32,514 nucleotides of DNA from an uncultured Rickettsiales bacterium (GCA_964529155.1 CAZGVV010000016.1:1-32514), one strand, 5' to 3'; counted from the stretch's first letter, positions 1 to 9,506 are shown. Numbers and translations: made by a program. Notes: generated from the sequence alone by a model not told the origin.

Positions 1-128
1 CCCACCCCGTTGTCGCCTACCGCCAGGACACCGCCGCGTGGGTGCAGCTCAGAGATTCGCCCCGAAGGATTACCGTCGCTGGGGTTCCTGATGTTGATGG
101 CGATGATGCGGCGAAGCTGATGGGGCAT
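1..128 (-). CDS. 5' part of an unidentified CDS that runs off the left edge
   Basis: There is a minus-strand ATG at 126-128 preceded by GAGGGA. The GC-rich frame (MPHQLRRIIAINIRNPSDGNPSG...) stays open to the window edge. It is absent from the ORF track, probably because it is truncated. Confidence 0.3.
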   Translation of the reverse strand, partial: MPHQLRRIIAINIRNPSDGNPSGRISELHPRGGVLAVGDNGV

Positions 129-141
129 GTTGCTCGTTCCC

Positions 142-393
142 TCAAATTAGTTTTTCTTTTGAGAATTCATTGTCAGGATTTGAGCTAAAATAAATACGTA
201 ATTTGTTATCTTTGTTCGCACTTCTAAGCGCTTTGTGTCCTGCAATAAAATGGATTAAATCCAGAGTTCTTTTATCAAGACCTTGGGGATTTGTGTAAAC
301 GTATTCATTTCCCTGCTTTTCAAAGCCATGCGTCAACAGCGTTTTTTCAAACGCTTCAAATCCGGCTTTTCCTTGTGCTGTTAATTCTGCCAT
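142..393 (-). CDS. hypothetical 83-aa protein (AT-rich ORFan)
   Basis: The ORF is intact, with GGAG 8 nt upstream of the ATG. It is visibly AT-rich compared with flanking thiL. It ends 13 nt before the next minus-strand start. I recognise no family motif. Confidence 0.45.
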   Translation of the reverse strand: MAELTAQGKAGFEAFEKTLLTHGFEKQGNEYVYTNPQGLDKRTLDLIHFIAGHKALRSANKDNKLRIYFSSNPDNEFSKEKLI

Positions 394-474
394 GCCACAT
401 CTCCGCTATTTTAAGTATAATAACCAATTTCATAGCCCAATTGTGTGACAATTCCATGAAACCCTCATGACGGT

Positions 475-1401
475 TTAAAAATGAGTAAATCCAGCCACTT
501 GCACAGCCATCCGCACCCCGGATTTGTCCACCACGTCCACCCCATTTCCCGCCACCACGTCGCCAATGCAGGTAATGGCACAATCTCCCTCCATCCGTAA
601 GTCCGGCGGGCCGGTAAATAGTAGCTCGTAATCATCGCCGCCTGAGAGCGCCGCGTGCAGCGCTTTTTCGCCATGGTTTTGTGCGGCAACTGAGAGCGGA
701 AGTGCATCGGCATAGAGCATAGCGCCCACACCCGATGCTGCGCAAATATGCCCCATATCCTGCACCAATCCGTCAGAAATATCCATGCAGGCCGAAGCTA
801 CGCCGCGCAGCGCAAGTCCTAGTGCAACACGCGGTTGCGGCAGCACGTAACGGTTCTGCAAAAACGCATCTTCGGGTAATTCGCCCTTAAAACACGCAAG
901 TCCAAGCGCTGCATCGCCCAGCGTGCCGGAGACATAAATCTTGTCGCCCCCCCGCGCGCCAGAACGTGTAAGCGCAGCCCCCACCGGCACATGCCCAAGC
1001 GCGGTAATGGCGATGCTAAGCGGTCCATCGGTTCGCGTGGTGTCGCCCCCGGCAAGGTGTATACCAAACGCGGCTTGATCCGCTGCCAAGCCGTGCGCAA
1101 AACGCGCAATCCACGCTTCAGTCGTGTCGCGCGGCAACATCACACACAAAAAATACGCAAACGGTTGCGCGCCCATTGCCGCTAAATCTGAAATATTCGT
1201 GCGCAAGGCTTTTCGCGCAATAAGGCTTGCATCCTCCGTGCCGAAAAAATGCACGCCTGCACTCAGCGCATCTGCCGTCACCACCAGTTGCATACCCGGC
1301 GGTGAGGTCAGCAGAGCGGCGTCATCACGTAAATCTAAGCTGCCAGGAAACGCAGCGGCGAGGGGGCGAAAATAGGTGTGAATCAACGCAAATTCATTCA
1401 C
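475..1401 (-). CDS. thiL: thiamine-monophosphate kinase
   Basis: The N-terminus MNEFALIHTYF...LDLRDDAALL and the AIR-synthase-like body are typical of ThiL. The position downstream of nusB is conserved. Confidence 0.9.
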   Translation of the reverse strand: MNEFALIHTYFRPLAAAFPGSLDLRDDAALLTSPPGMQLVVTADALSAGVHFFGTEDASLIARKALRTNISDLAAMGAQPFAYFLCVMLPRDTTEAWIARFAHGLAADQAAFGIHLAGGDTTRTDGPLSIAITALGHVPVGAALTRSGARGGDKIYVSGTLGDAALGLACFKGELPEDAFLQNRYVLPQPRVALGLALRGVASACMDISDGLVQDMGHICAASGVGAMLYADALPLSVAAQNHGEKALHAALSGGDDYELLFTGPPDLRMEGDCAITCIGDVVAGNGVDVVDKSGVRMAVQVAGFTHF

Positions 1402-1861
1402 CGGGCTGCAATTCCTTGGTCAATGCATGCAGCGCGGCGTGAATAAATCCGGTTTCGGCATCGGTAAAAAAGCGTGCGGCCAGTGACACGTATTCATCCG
1501 TCACGATCGGTGTTTTTACTTTTCCCTCGGCCAGCTCAAATGCTGCCACACGTAAAATGGCCAGCAACAATGGGCTGATCCGGTCTTTCTTCCAATCATC
1601 GCTCAACACCTTGTCGATGAGTGGTTCCAAACGCGCGCCATGCTCCGCCACACCACACAACAACTTCCGCAAATACGCTGCGTCTGGCGGCACGGTAGGT
1701 AATTGCACCTCTTTGGCGTTGGGTAAGTTTTCTTCGTAAAAAGTTTTATATTCCTCTGCCATGATTTCCGGCGACGTTGAAGTGCCGGTAACGGCGGCTT
1801 GATACAGCAATTGCACGGCAACTAAGCGTGCGCTGCTTTTGGCCTGAAGGGAACGGTTCAT
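1394..1861 (-). CDS. nusB: transcription antitermination factor NusB
   Basis: It has the ARLVAVQLLYQ motif, is 155 aa long, and shows the ribH-nusB ATGA overlap and synteny. Confidence 0.9.
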   Translation of the reverse strand: MNRSLQAKSSARLVAVQLLYQAAVTGTSTSPEIMAEEYKTFYEENLPNAKEVQLPTVPPDAAYLRKLLCGVAEHGARLEPLIDKVLSDDWKKDRISPLLLAILRVAAFELAEGKVKTPIVTDEYVSLAARFFTDAETGFIHAALHALTKELQPGE

Positions 1862-2277
1862 ATGCGTGCTCCCTGAAAATGATTTCGTACAGTAATTAAC
1901 GCCAATGCCGCTTGCGCTGCATCCGCGCCCTTATCCAACCGTGCACGTGCTTGCGCTTCGTTTTCCACGGTGAGAATGCCGTTGCCTATGGCTGCCTGCT
2001 GATCCATAGCAAGCCAGCTAAGCCCGCGCGCGCTTTCATCGCACACCGTATCGTAATGGGTTGTTTCTCCGCGAATCACGCAGCCAAGCGCTACGTATCC
2101 GTCGAAACGTTTAGTTTCAAGGGCAAAACGAATCGCCGTTGGAATTTCCAATGCACCCGGCACTACCACCAATTCATGTGTGGCATGCGCGGCATTCAGT
2201 GCCGTCACTGCACTTTTTTCCAGCGCGCTGGCAATGTCGGCATAATAGCGGGAAGAGACAATCAGAAGATGAGGCAT
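1858..2277 (-). CDS. ribH: 6,7-dimethyl-8-ribityllumazine synthase
   Basis: It is 139 aa with the VPGALEIP motif typical of lumazine synthase, and it sits in the rib operon. Confidence 0.9.
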   Translation of the reverse strand: MPHLLIVSSRYYADIASALEKSAVTALNAAHATHELVVVPGALEIPTAIRFALETKRFDGYVALGCVIRGETTHYDTVCDESARGLSWLAMDQQAAIGNGILTVENEAQARARLDKGADAAQAALALITVRNHFQGARI

Positions 2278-2286
2278 GATATTCTT

Positions 2287-3381
2287 TCAAGTAATCGCAG
2301 CATAACCGGCAATCGTCAGGCCGTAGCCCTCCAGGCCGATCACGCTGCGTTTGGTGTTGGAGAGCAGTAACATTTCGTGGACGCCAACATCCAGCAGAAT
2401 CTGGGCGCCGATACCATAATCGCGTAAATCTGCGCCGCCTTCGGGCACTTGCCCTAAGCGTGTGCGTACGCGATCAGAAATAGATGTAGACGATTCCGGC
2501 CGCAGCAGCACCACCACGCCTGCGCCTTCTTGCGCGATGCGCTGCATAGCGGCGGCAAGTACGCCGTCACGGTGTTCAAAATGATCGCCCAGCGCGTCAG
2601 CCAATAAATCCAACGCATGCATACGCACCAGCGTCGGCGTGCCCGCGGCAGGATTTCCTTTTATCAACGCGATATGTTCGGTCTGGCCCAGGCGTGTCCC
2701 ATACACAATCATCCGCCACCGCCCGCCATGCGCGCTGTCTATTTCCGTCTCCGCCAGACGATGCACCAATTTTTCCGCTCGTCTGCGATAGGCAATTAAA
2801 TCTGCGATGGTTGCCACATGCAGCCCATGCTGTTTGGCAAAGTGCAATAAATCCGGTAAGCGCGCCATCGTGCCGTCATCATTCATGACTTCGCAAATAA
2901 CACCTGCAGGATTGAGTCCGGCAAGCCGTGCAATATCCACCGCTGCTTCGGTATGTCCCGCCCGCACCAATACTCCGCCGTCACGCGCCACCAAAGGAAA
3001 CACATGCCCCGGGCTTGCAATATCTGCCGCTGTTTTTGTCGGATCAATCGCCACCTGAATCGTGCGCGCCCGGTCAGCGGCGGATATGCCAGTCGTTACT
3101 CCTTCACGCGCTTCAATCGACACAGTAAACGCCGTCTGATGCCGCGAACCGTTATGCCGCGCCATTAAATTCAAGGCCAGTTGCTCCACCCGCTCGGACG
3201 TCAACGCCAAGCAAATCAACCCGCGCCCATGCCGCGCCATGAAATTGATCGCCTCCGGCGTTGCCATTTGCGCCGGAATAATAAGGTCACCCTCATTCTC
3301 CCGGCTTTCGTCATCCACCAGAATAAACATCCTGCCCGCGCGGGCATCGTCAAGAATGGTTTCGATGGGTGAGAGGGACAT
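2287..3381 (-). CDS. ribB: 3,4-dihydroxy-2-butanone-4-phosphate synthase with a C-terminal GTP-cyclohydrolase-II-like domain
   Basis: The N-terminal half carries DHBP-synthase motifs (DDESRENEGDLI, GHTEA). The C-terminal half aligns by eye to RibA but contains no cysteine (see finding). Confidence 0.88.
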   Translation of the reverse strand: MSLSPIETILDDARAGRMFILVDDESRENEGDLIIPAQMATPEAINFMARHGRGLICLALTSERVEQLALNLMARHNGSRHQTAFTVSIEAREGVTTGISAADRARTIQVAIDPTKTAADIASPGHVFPLVARDGGVLVRAGHTEAAVDIARLAGLNPAGVICEVMNDDGTMARLPDLLHFAKQHGLHVATIADLIAYRRRAEKLVHRLAETEIDSAHGGRWRMIVYGTRLGQTEHIALIKGNPAAGTPTLVRMHALDLLADALGDHFEHRDGVLAAAMQRIAQEGAGVVVLLRPESSTSISDRVRTRLGQVPEGGADLRDYGIGAQILLDVGVHEMLLLSNTKRSVIGLEGYGLTIAGYAAIT

Positions 3382-3854
3382 CAGCCTACACTCCGCGATG
3401 ATGATGCGCCGTGTTTTTTATCAAGAGCATGCTTTGCTGCGTTAAGACCAATGATAACTAGGCTATTGCAAGTGCTTGTTTTAGGACCAAAGTCATGCGG
3501 CATGGTTATTCTATGCCAAGGTTTTTTTGCGCTATGATTAATACATAATTGTATAGAACGATCTAAGTAGGTTGGATCGTTCTTATCTAACATCATGTCT
3601 ATAGATCTTTCTGCACGTTGGCGGGCCTCTTCCAGTGCTACTGCGTCATATGCTGTAAACTCTTGTTCTCTCCACAAAGGTTGTGACGAAATAATATCCT
3701 TCTCATACACGGTGCCTTCGTATTTTTCCTGAAGATTACGTGTCCAGTCACCCGTAATAGGGCGGCGTTGCTGATTAATTGCTTTAACCATTGCTTGATA
3801 GGCAATGTCTGATAAGTATTCCAAATCGTCTTCTGGCTCTTCATTTATTGTCAT
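3381..3854 (-). CDS. hypothetical 157-aa protein (AT-rich ORFan inside the rib operon)
   Basis: The ORF is intact. Its ATG overlaps the ribE stop (ATGA) and its TGA overlaps the ribB ATG (TGATG). It is visibly AT-rich. I recognise no family motif. Confidence 0.55.
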   Translation of the reverse strand: MTINEEPEDDLEYLSDIAYQAMVKAINQQRRPITGDWTRNLQEKYEGTVYEKDIISSQPLWREQEFTAYDAVALEEARQRAERSIDMMLDKNDPTYLDRSIQLCINHSAKKPWHRITMPHDFGPKTSTCNSLVIIGLNAAKHALDKKHGASSSRSVG

Positions 3855-4453
3855 GCAGCCCTCGCAGTCAGTAATCGATCCAAATACCGCGCCAGCAAAT
3901 CCACCTCCATATTTACGTGGTCGCCAGCTTTGCGCTGCGACAATGTCGTGTTTTTCCAGCTATGCGGAATGATCGTCACGGTAAAGCGCGTGCCTTCTAC
4001 GGCATTTACGGTGAGTGAAATACCATCCAGTGTTACAGAGCCTTTAGCTGCGACAAAACGCGCTAATGCATCCGGTGCACGTAACCACAATTGATAGCTG
4101 CCCATATGCGGAATAATTTCCTCAAGCGTTGCCATCCCATCTACATGCCCGGTCACGAAATGCCCGCTTACATCGTCGCCCACTTTCAACGCGCGCTCCA
4201 AATTAATTGCATCATTCACCTGCCAACGTGGCGCGGTGCAGGCCAATGTTTCGGTCGAAAGTTCCACATCAAAATATGCAGCCCCATCATGCGTGCCTTT
4301 TTCCACCACCGTTAAGCATGCGCCATTACAGGCGATGGATTCGCCAAGCTTAAACGACGCTTCCGGCCACGCGCACGCAATGCGGATGCGTTTTGCTGCG
4401 TCGCCGCTGGCATGCGTAATCATTCCTATAGCGCTGATAATGCCGGTAAACAT
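3851..4453 (-). CDS. ribE: riboflavin synthase alpha chain
   Basis: The N-terminus MFTGII and the duplicated lumazine-binding repeats in a 200-aa protein identify it. Confidence 0.9.
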   Translation of the reverse strand: MFTGIISAIGMITHASGDAAKRIRIACAWPEASFKLGESIACNGACLTVVEKGTHDGAAYFDVELSTETLACTAPRWQVNDAINLERALKVGDDVSGHFVTGHVDGMATLEEIIPHMGSYQLWLRAPDALARFVAAKGSVTLDGISLTVNAVEGTRFTVTIIPHSWKNTTLSQRKAGDHVNMEVDLLARYLDRLLTARAA

Positions 4454-4458
4454 GGCTC

Positions 4459-5487
4459 TTATATAGCCTGATTAGCAAAGATTTCCAAGCAATCTACACC
4501 CAATTGCACCACAGATTCCTGCCGCCAGCGCGCGGTTTCTATGGTAATGCCCGGCAAACCCCCGTCACCCACCACCAGGGGAGCCCGGAACCAGTAAATC
4601 CTATCCACCAGATTTTGTTGAATAAAAGCCCCCGATAGGCTGGCCCCGGCTTCTACCATAAGCCGGGTAATCCCGCGTTCCGCCAACTGGCTCACTAATG
4701 CCGCCAACCCTTCCGGCGCTGCCTCCACCCATAATGGCACCTCATCCGCACTTTGCATTAATTTGCCATCTATGGGCATGCGTCCACGCCGATCAATCAC
4801 CACCCGCACCGGCGAGCGGTCCTCCAGGCCCGGCAGGCGACACGTCAAGAGCGGATCATCGGCCAGCACCGTTCCCATGCCGGTCAAAATCGCGTCATGC
4901 TCAGCGCGTAATACATGCCCATACGCCCGCGCAGTCTCACCGGTAAGCCAGCGGTCTTTGCCGCCGGTAATTTTTCCATCCAATGACGTGGCGATTTTCA
5001 GCGCCACATAGGGTCGCTTGCATTGCACAACGGAAAAAAATCCTTCGTTCAGCGCCTCTGCTTCGGCGCGGCGCACCTGTTCCACCACCTCAATCCCCGC
5101 CGCGCGCAATTGCGCGATGCCTTGACCATTTACGCGCGGATTCGGATCCCCGCATCCCACCACCACGCGCGCAACACCCGCGGCAATAATCGCCTGCGTA
5201 CAAGGCGGCGTTTTCCCTTCATGCGCGCATGGCTCCAGCGACACATAGAGCGTCGCTCCACGTGCGTGCGCACCTGCCATATTCAATGCTTGCGTCTCCG
5301 CATGCGGCCTGCCGCAACGCGCGGTCCAGCCCACACCGACCACATAATCCTGATTCACCACCACTGCACCCACGGCAGGGTTCGGCCATGTCTGCCCAAG
5401 ATTCCGCCGCGCTAATAGCAATGCGTGGCGCATGAACGCGGAATGATCGGATGGTTTGATGGCTTGATGGTTTGATGGTTCGAGCAT
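4459..5487 (-). CDS. ribD: bifunctional diaminohydroxyphosphoribosylaminopyrimidine deaminase / 5-amino-6-(5-phosphoribosylamino)uracil reductase
   Basis: It has the deaminase zinc motifs HAE and PCxxxxxxPPC plus a reductase C-terminal half. The first ~15 codons are encoded by an octamer repeat array, so the true start may be Met19 at 5433. Confidence 0.88.
   Translation of the reverse strand: MLEPSNHQAIKPSDHSAFMRHALLLARRNLGQTWPNPAVGAVVVNQDYVVGVGWTARCGRPHAETQALNMAGAHARGATLYVSLEPCAHEGKTPPCTQAIIAAGVARVVVGCGDPNPRVNGQGIAQLRAAGIEVVEQVRRAEAEALNEGFFSVVQCKRPYVALKIATSLDGKITGGKDRWLTGETARAYGHVLRAEHDAILTGMGTVLADDPLLTCRLPGLEDRSPVRVVIDRRGRMPIDGKLMQSADEVPLWVEAAPEGLAALVSQLAERGITRLMVEAGASLSGAFIQQNLVDRIYWFRAPLVVGDGGLPGITIETARWRQESVVQLGVDCLEIFANQAI
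5442..5481. repeat. tandem 8-bp repeat array A (aatgatcg gatggttt gatggctt gatggttt gatggttc)
   Basis: I read five phased octamers directly from the sequence. The array is inverted relative to array B at 5852-5883. Confidence 0.8.
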
Positions 5488-5897
5488 TAGAGTTTGCTAC
5501 GTAATTTATTTAGCATTGCGCCGATGGCATTATATTCGTTATCCCAATGTAAAAATTGTTCATGCGAGATATATGCAAGTGCAGCTGCATATTCAATCCA
5601 TACCAATGTTTCATTAGCGGATGCTTCAGCTATAGCAAGAAACCGTCCAAATTCAGTAATAGAGTATTTCTGCTTGGTAAAGCCTTCGGCAATATTAGCA
5701 CAAATCGATTTTGTAGCTCGGCGAAGTTGATCTGCGATAACATATTGTTCAATTTTTGGAAAACCAAGGCTTACCTTATGAACTTCAAGAGATATATTAA
5801 ATGCACGTTGATAAACCATTAGTTGTCGAAACGTAGAAACTTTTTTTGGTCGATCCATCGAATTATCGAACCATCGAACCATCGTTTCTTCGTTCAT
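5487..5897 (-). CDS. four-helix-bundle protein (23S rRNA intervening-sequence protein / Avd-like family)
   Basis: The core VYQRAF...[18 protein letters not shown]...FL.IA.AS..E is the signature I know for this family. The gene is visibly AT-rich. Its ATG overlaps the nrdR stop (ATGA) and its TAA overlaps the ribD ATG. The true start may be the internal Met14 at 5858. Confidence 0.8.
   Translation of the reverse strand: MNEETMVRWFDNSMDRPKKVSTFRQLMVYQRAFNISLEVHKVSLGFPKIEQYVIADQLRRATKSICANIAEGFTKQKYSITEFGRFLAIAEASANETLVWIEYAAALAYISHEQFLHWDNEYNAIGAMLNKLRSKL
5852..5883. repeat. tandem 8-bp repeat array B (gatccatc gaattatc gaaccatc gaaccatc)
   Basis: gaaccatc is the exact reverse complement of the gatggttc unit in array A. 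Two more degenerate units follow, up to 5897. Confidence 0.8.
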
Positions 5898-6349
5898 CGC
5901 TCGTCACCAAGCTCACCGACGATTTCTTCAAAATCCTTGGCTTCAGTAAAATCGCGATACACCGACGCAAAGCGAATATATGCCACGCTATCTAAGCTCC
6001 GCAATTCATCCATCACCGTTTTGCCGATGAAGCCGGTGGGGATTTCGCTCTCACCCGTGGATTCCAATTTCTGCACGATGCGTGTAGCAATCTGTTCGAT
6101 CTGCTCATCCGGCACCGGACGTTTGCGCAGCGCAATCGCTAGTGCGCGAACAATTTTTTCCCGGTCAAAAATGCGCCGCTCACCATTTTTCTTCACCACC
6201 ACCAGCTCGCGCAATTGCACGCGCTCAAACGTCGTGAACCGCGAATTACACGCCGTGCAATACCGCCGCCGCCGAATCGCCGACCCATCCTCACTCGGAC
6301 GAGAATCTTTCACCTGCGTATCACCGTGGCCGCAAAAGGGACATTTCAT
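5894..6349 (-). CDS. nrdR: transcriptional repressor NrdR
   Basis: It starts MKCPFCG, has a second CxxC zinc ribbon and an ATP-cone, and is 151 aa. Confidence 0.93.
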   Translation of the reverse strand: MKCPFCGHGDTQVKDSRPSEDGSAIRRRRYCTACNSRFTTFERVQLRELVVVKKNGERRIFDREKIVRALAIALRKRPVPDEQIEQIATRIVQKLESTGESEIPTGFIGKTVMDELRSLDSVAYIRFASVYRDFTEAKDFEEIVGELGDER

Positions 6350-6364
6350 GAAAAGGGCTCGTGA

Positions 6365-7681
6365 TTAATGGTTGGAAGGTAGCGAAGCATAAATCGGAAA
6401 CCGCTCACACAGCTTCTTCACTTCGGCTTTCGCTTTTGCCTCTGCTGCGGAATTGTCGTCGCCGTGTGCACTCAGCCCGTCCAATACGTCGCCGATCAAT
6501 TCGCCGATCTGCTTGAACTCCGCCACGCCAAATCCGCGCGTGGTTCCCGCCGGTGTACCTAAGCGAATGCCGCTGGTGATCGCCGGTTTTTCCGGGTCAA
6601 ACGGAATGGCATTTTTGTTGCAGGTGAGGCCTGCCCGCTCCAGGCTGGCTTCCGCTGCTTTGCCGGTGATCTTTTTCGGACGCAAATCCACCAGCATCAA
6701 ATGGCAATCCGTGCCGCCGGTCGTAATTGCAAGCCCACGTGAAACCAGTGTCGCGGCAAGTGCCTGCGCATTATCTATCACCGCCTTACCATATGCCTTA
6801 AATTCCGGCTTCAGTGCTTCGCCAAAGGCCACGGCTTTACCGGCAATTACATGCATCAATGGCCCGCCTTGTAGGCCTGGGAAAATCGCTGAATTGATTT
6901 TCTTGGCGATTTCGGCGTCATTGGTCAGAATCATGCCGCCGCGCGGACCACGCAATGTTTTATGCGTTGTCGTCGTTACCACATGCGCATGCGGGAACGG
7001 GGAGGGGTAAACGCCCGCCGCAACCAACCCAGCAAAGTGCGCCATATCCACCATCAAGAGTGCACCCACGCTGTCAGCGATCTGACGCAAGCGTGCAAAA
7101 TCAATCACGCGCGGATAGGCTGAACAGCCGCCGATAATCAATTTCGGTTTATGCTCAACTGCCAGTTTCGCCACTTCATCATAATCAATCAGCGCATCTT
7201 TTTCGCGCACACCATACGTCACAGCATTAAACCATTTGCCCGACATGTTCACGCTTGCGCCGTGCGTCAAATGCCCGCCTGCAGCAAGCGAAAGTCCAAG
7301 AAATGTATCGCCGGGTTTCAGCAGCGCTAAAAACACGCCCTGATTGGCTTGCGAGCCGGAATTGGGCTGCACGTTGGCGAATTCACAATGAAATAATTTC
7401 TTTGCCCGCTCAATGGCCAGTGTCTCCGTTTCATCGACATATTCACAGCCGCCATAATAGCGTTTACCCGGATACCCTTCGGCATATTTATTGGTCAGCA
7501 CCGAGCCTTGCGCCTCCAGCACAGCGCGGCTTACAATGTTCTCACTCGCAATCAATTCGATCTGCGATTGCTGACGTTTCAACTCATGGGCAATGGTGGC
7601 GGCGAGTTCGGGGTCGGCTTGATTCAACGCAATATCAAAAAACGCATGCATGGTAGTGGATTCCTTTTTTGCCTGTAACAT
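6365..7681 (-). CDS. glyA: serine hydroxymethyltransferase
   Basis: It contains the SHMT motif [19 protein letters not shown] lies 7 nt upstream of the ATG at 7681. Confidence 0.95.
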   Translation of the reverse strand: MLQAKKESTTMHAFFDIALNQADPELAATIAHELKRQQSQIELIASENIVSRAVLEAQGSVLTNKYAEGYPGKRYYGGCEYVDETETLAIERAKKLFHCEFANVQPNSGSQANQGVFLALLKPGDTFLGLSLAAGGHLTHGASVNMSGKWFNAVTYGVREKDALIDYDEVAKLAVEHKPKLIIGGCSAYPRVIDFARLRQIADSVGALLMVDMAHFAGLVAAGVYPSPFPHAHVVTTTTHKTLRGPRGGMILTNDAEIAKKINSAIFPGLQGGPLMHVIAGKAVAFGEALKPEFKAYGKAVIDNAQALAATLVSRGLAITTGGTDCHLMLVDLRPKKITGKAAEASLERAGLTCNKNAIPFDPEKPAITSGIRLGTPAGTTRGFGVAEFKQIGELIGDVLDGLSAHGDDNSAAEAKAKAEVKKLCERFPIYASLPSNH

Positions 7682-7691
7682 GTAGTTGCTC

Positions 7692-8126
7692 CTAAATGAT
7701 CCCTAATTTTTCAACACGGCGCTGATGACGTCCGCCTTCAAAGTCCGTTTCTAAAAAACGCAGTACGCATTCTTTCGCCGCGTCAATACCCGTAAGGCGT
7801 GCGCCTAAGCATAATACGTTTGCGTCATTATGTTTGCGGCTGAGTTCCGCCTCGAGTCCACTCCGGCACAATGCAGCGCGGATAGTCGCATGCCGGTTTG
7901 CGGCAATACTGACACCGATGCCAGAACCGCAAATTAAAATGCCGCGCGATTTTTTTTCAATGACACATGCGGCAAGCGCATTCGCGATGTCAGGATAGTC
8001 CACACTGCTTGTTCCATGTGTTCCAAGATCGTGCGTGATGTATCCATGCTCATGTAAAAACTCCGTAAGCGCGGTTTTCATTTCCACGCCGGCATGGTCA
8101 GACGCAATGGCAATTGTTTTGTGCAT
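7692..8126 (-). CDS. rpiB: ribose-5-phosphate isomerase B
   Basis: The N-terminus [13 protein letters not shown] is typical of RpiB/LacAB. The track ORF extends to a GTG at 8153, but I prefer the ATG at 8126. Confidence 0.88.
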   Translation of the reverse strand: MHKTIAIASDHAGVEMKTALTEFLHEHGYITHDLGTHGTSSVDYPDIANALAACVIEKKSRGILICGSGIGVSIAANRHATIRAALCRSGLEAELSRKHNDANVLCLGARLTGIDAAKECVLRFLETDFEGGRHQRRVEKLGII

Positions 8127-8348
8127 ACGTAGTCGTTTCTGTGCATCAAGCACACAACATGTTGTAATTGCGTAGTTTTGCCATAATCCCGTAATAAGCG
8201 CAATAGCTTCATGTAAACGACTGTATTCGCTGCACTATTGTTGGGCATTTTTGAGCTTGAATGCAGCGTGCATTCATCGCAGTCAAAAAACGTATAGCCA
8301 CACGTAAACATCACGCGCATTTTTTTACACAAAATTTATTCCTAATGC

Positions 8349-8376
8349 TTGCATGCAAAATGCGGATGCTTATAAT
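8349..8376 (+). promoter_or_regulatory. candidate sigma70-type promoter for mipZ
   Basis: TTGCAT (8349-8354), a 16-nt spacer, then TATAAT (8371-8376), 30 nt upstream of the mipZ ATG. Confidence 0.4.
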
Positions 8377-8405
8377 CAAAAAAAACCGGTGGATGGAGTG
8401 GCGAC

Positions 8406-9413
8406 ATGAACCAGAACGTAGCGGATTCGATGAGCGCAAGTGCCGGTAGCGGAACTGCCGGTGGCAGACACGCTCACGTTATCGTTCTTGGCAACGAAAA
8501 AGGGGGCTCCGGTAAAACTACCACCGGCATGCATCTGATTGTTTCCCTGCTGCGTTTAGGTTTCTCTGTTGGCAGTATTGACCTTGATTCCCGTCAGCGC
8601 TCTCTCTCTCGTTACATTGAAAATCGTCGTCAAACCATGGTGCGTGAAAACGTCACCCTGCCGCAGCCGCATCACATCGTTATTCAAAAAAGCCCTTTCA
8701 ACATCGCCGACGAAGCCGAGCAAGATGAGCGTGATCGTTTCAGTATGGCGCTCTCCCGACTCGTTTCCACCAATGATTTCGTGGTCGTGGATAGCCCGGG
8801 GAATGATACGTTCCTGTCGCGCCTCGCACATTCCTACGCTAATACCATTATCACCCCGATCAATGACAGCTTCGTTGACCTTGATGTACTCGCCACGGTA
8901 GACGGCCAAAGCCTGCAAGTTATCAAGCCCAGCATTTACAGCGAAATGATCTGGGAGCAAAAATTGAAACGCGCCAAGCGCGATGGTGGTTCCATTGAAT
9001 GGATTGTTATGCGCAATCGCCTTTCTAACATCAATGCGAAAAACAAATTGATGGTCACGCAAGTGCTTGGTGAACTCGCGCGCCGTATCGGGTTTCGCGT
9101 ATCGCCTGGCTTTTCCGAGCGTGTTATTTTCCGTGAATTATTCCTTCAGGGCTTAACCGTGCTCGACATCATGCAGGAAGTGGCTACCGTTAGCGTCTCC
9201 ATGTCGCACGTCGCTGCCCGTCAGGAAGTGCGCGATCTGTTGAAAACGCTACGCATTCCGCAAGTGGATATGCGCCTGAGCGAATTCCGCACCGCTGTAA
9301 GCAGCGAAGAGCAAGCCGTAGCTGCTGAAGCAGAAAGCCGTACGGCTTCTGCCGCCGCTGCCAAAGACGTGGCTAAAGAGTCTGCCAAGCAAGAGCAAAA
9401 AGTACCTGCCTAA
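8406..9413 (+). CDS. mipZ: division-plane positioning ATPase MipZ (ParA/MinD superfamily)
   Basis: It has the deviant Walker A (LGNEKGGSGKTT) followed by LDSRQRSL..YIENRR, typical of MipZ. An Ala/Glu/Lys-rich C-terminal tail is also present. Confidence 0.82.
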   Translation: MNQNVADSMSASAGSGTAGGRHAHVIVLGNEKGGSGKTTTGMHLIVSLLRLGFSVGSIDLDSRQRSLSRYIENRRQTMVRENVTLPQPHHIVIQKSPFNIADEAEQDERDRFSMALSRLVSTNDFVVVDSPGNDTFLSRLAHSYANTIITPINDSFVDLDVLATVDGQSLQVIKPSIYSEMIWEQKLKRAKRDGGSIEWIVMRNRLSNINAKNKLMVTQVLGELARRIGFRVSPGFSERVIFRELFLQGLTVLDIMQEVATVSVSMSHVAARQEVRDLLKTLRIPQVDMRLSEFRTAVSSEEQAVAAEAESRTASAAAAKDVAKESAKQEQKVPA

Positions 9414-9506
9414 CAAGCGGTTAATATAGGGGATGGGAGTGGACGTTACCCCTTAAACACCTTATACTCTCGCCATTCGCCTCCTGCCATCTGTCATTTC
9501 CATTTC

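Noticed and set aside
96-125. A gatgtt gatggc gatgat run resembling the octamer family, near the first AT-rich ORF.
   Set aside because: The period is 6 rather than 8, and the run sits in an open coding frame (IIAINI). It is probably just codon repetition.
142-393. The 83-aa ORFan as a HicA-like toxin, based on a THGFEKQGNEYVY segment.
   Set aside because: The G-S-H catalytic signature of HicA is absent, and there is no adjacent HicB-like partner. The resemblance is too weak to call.
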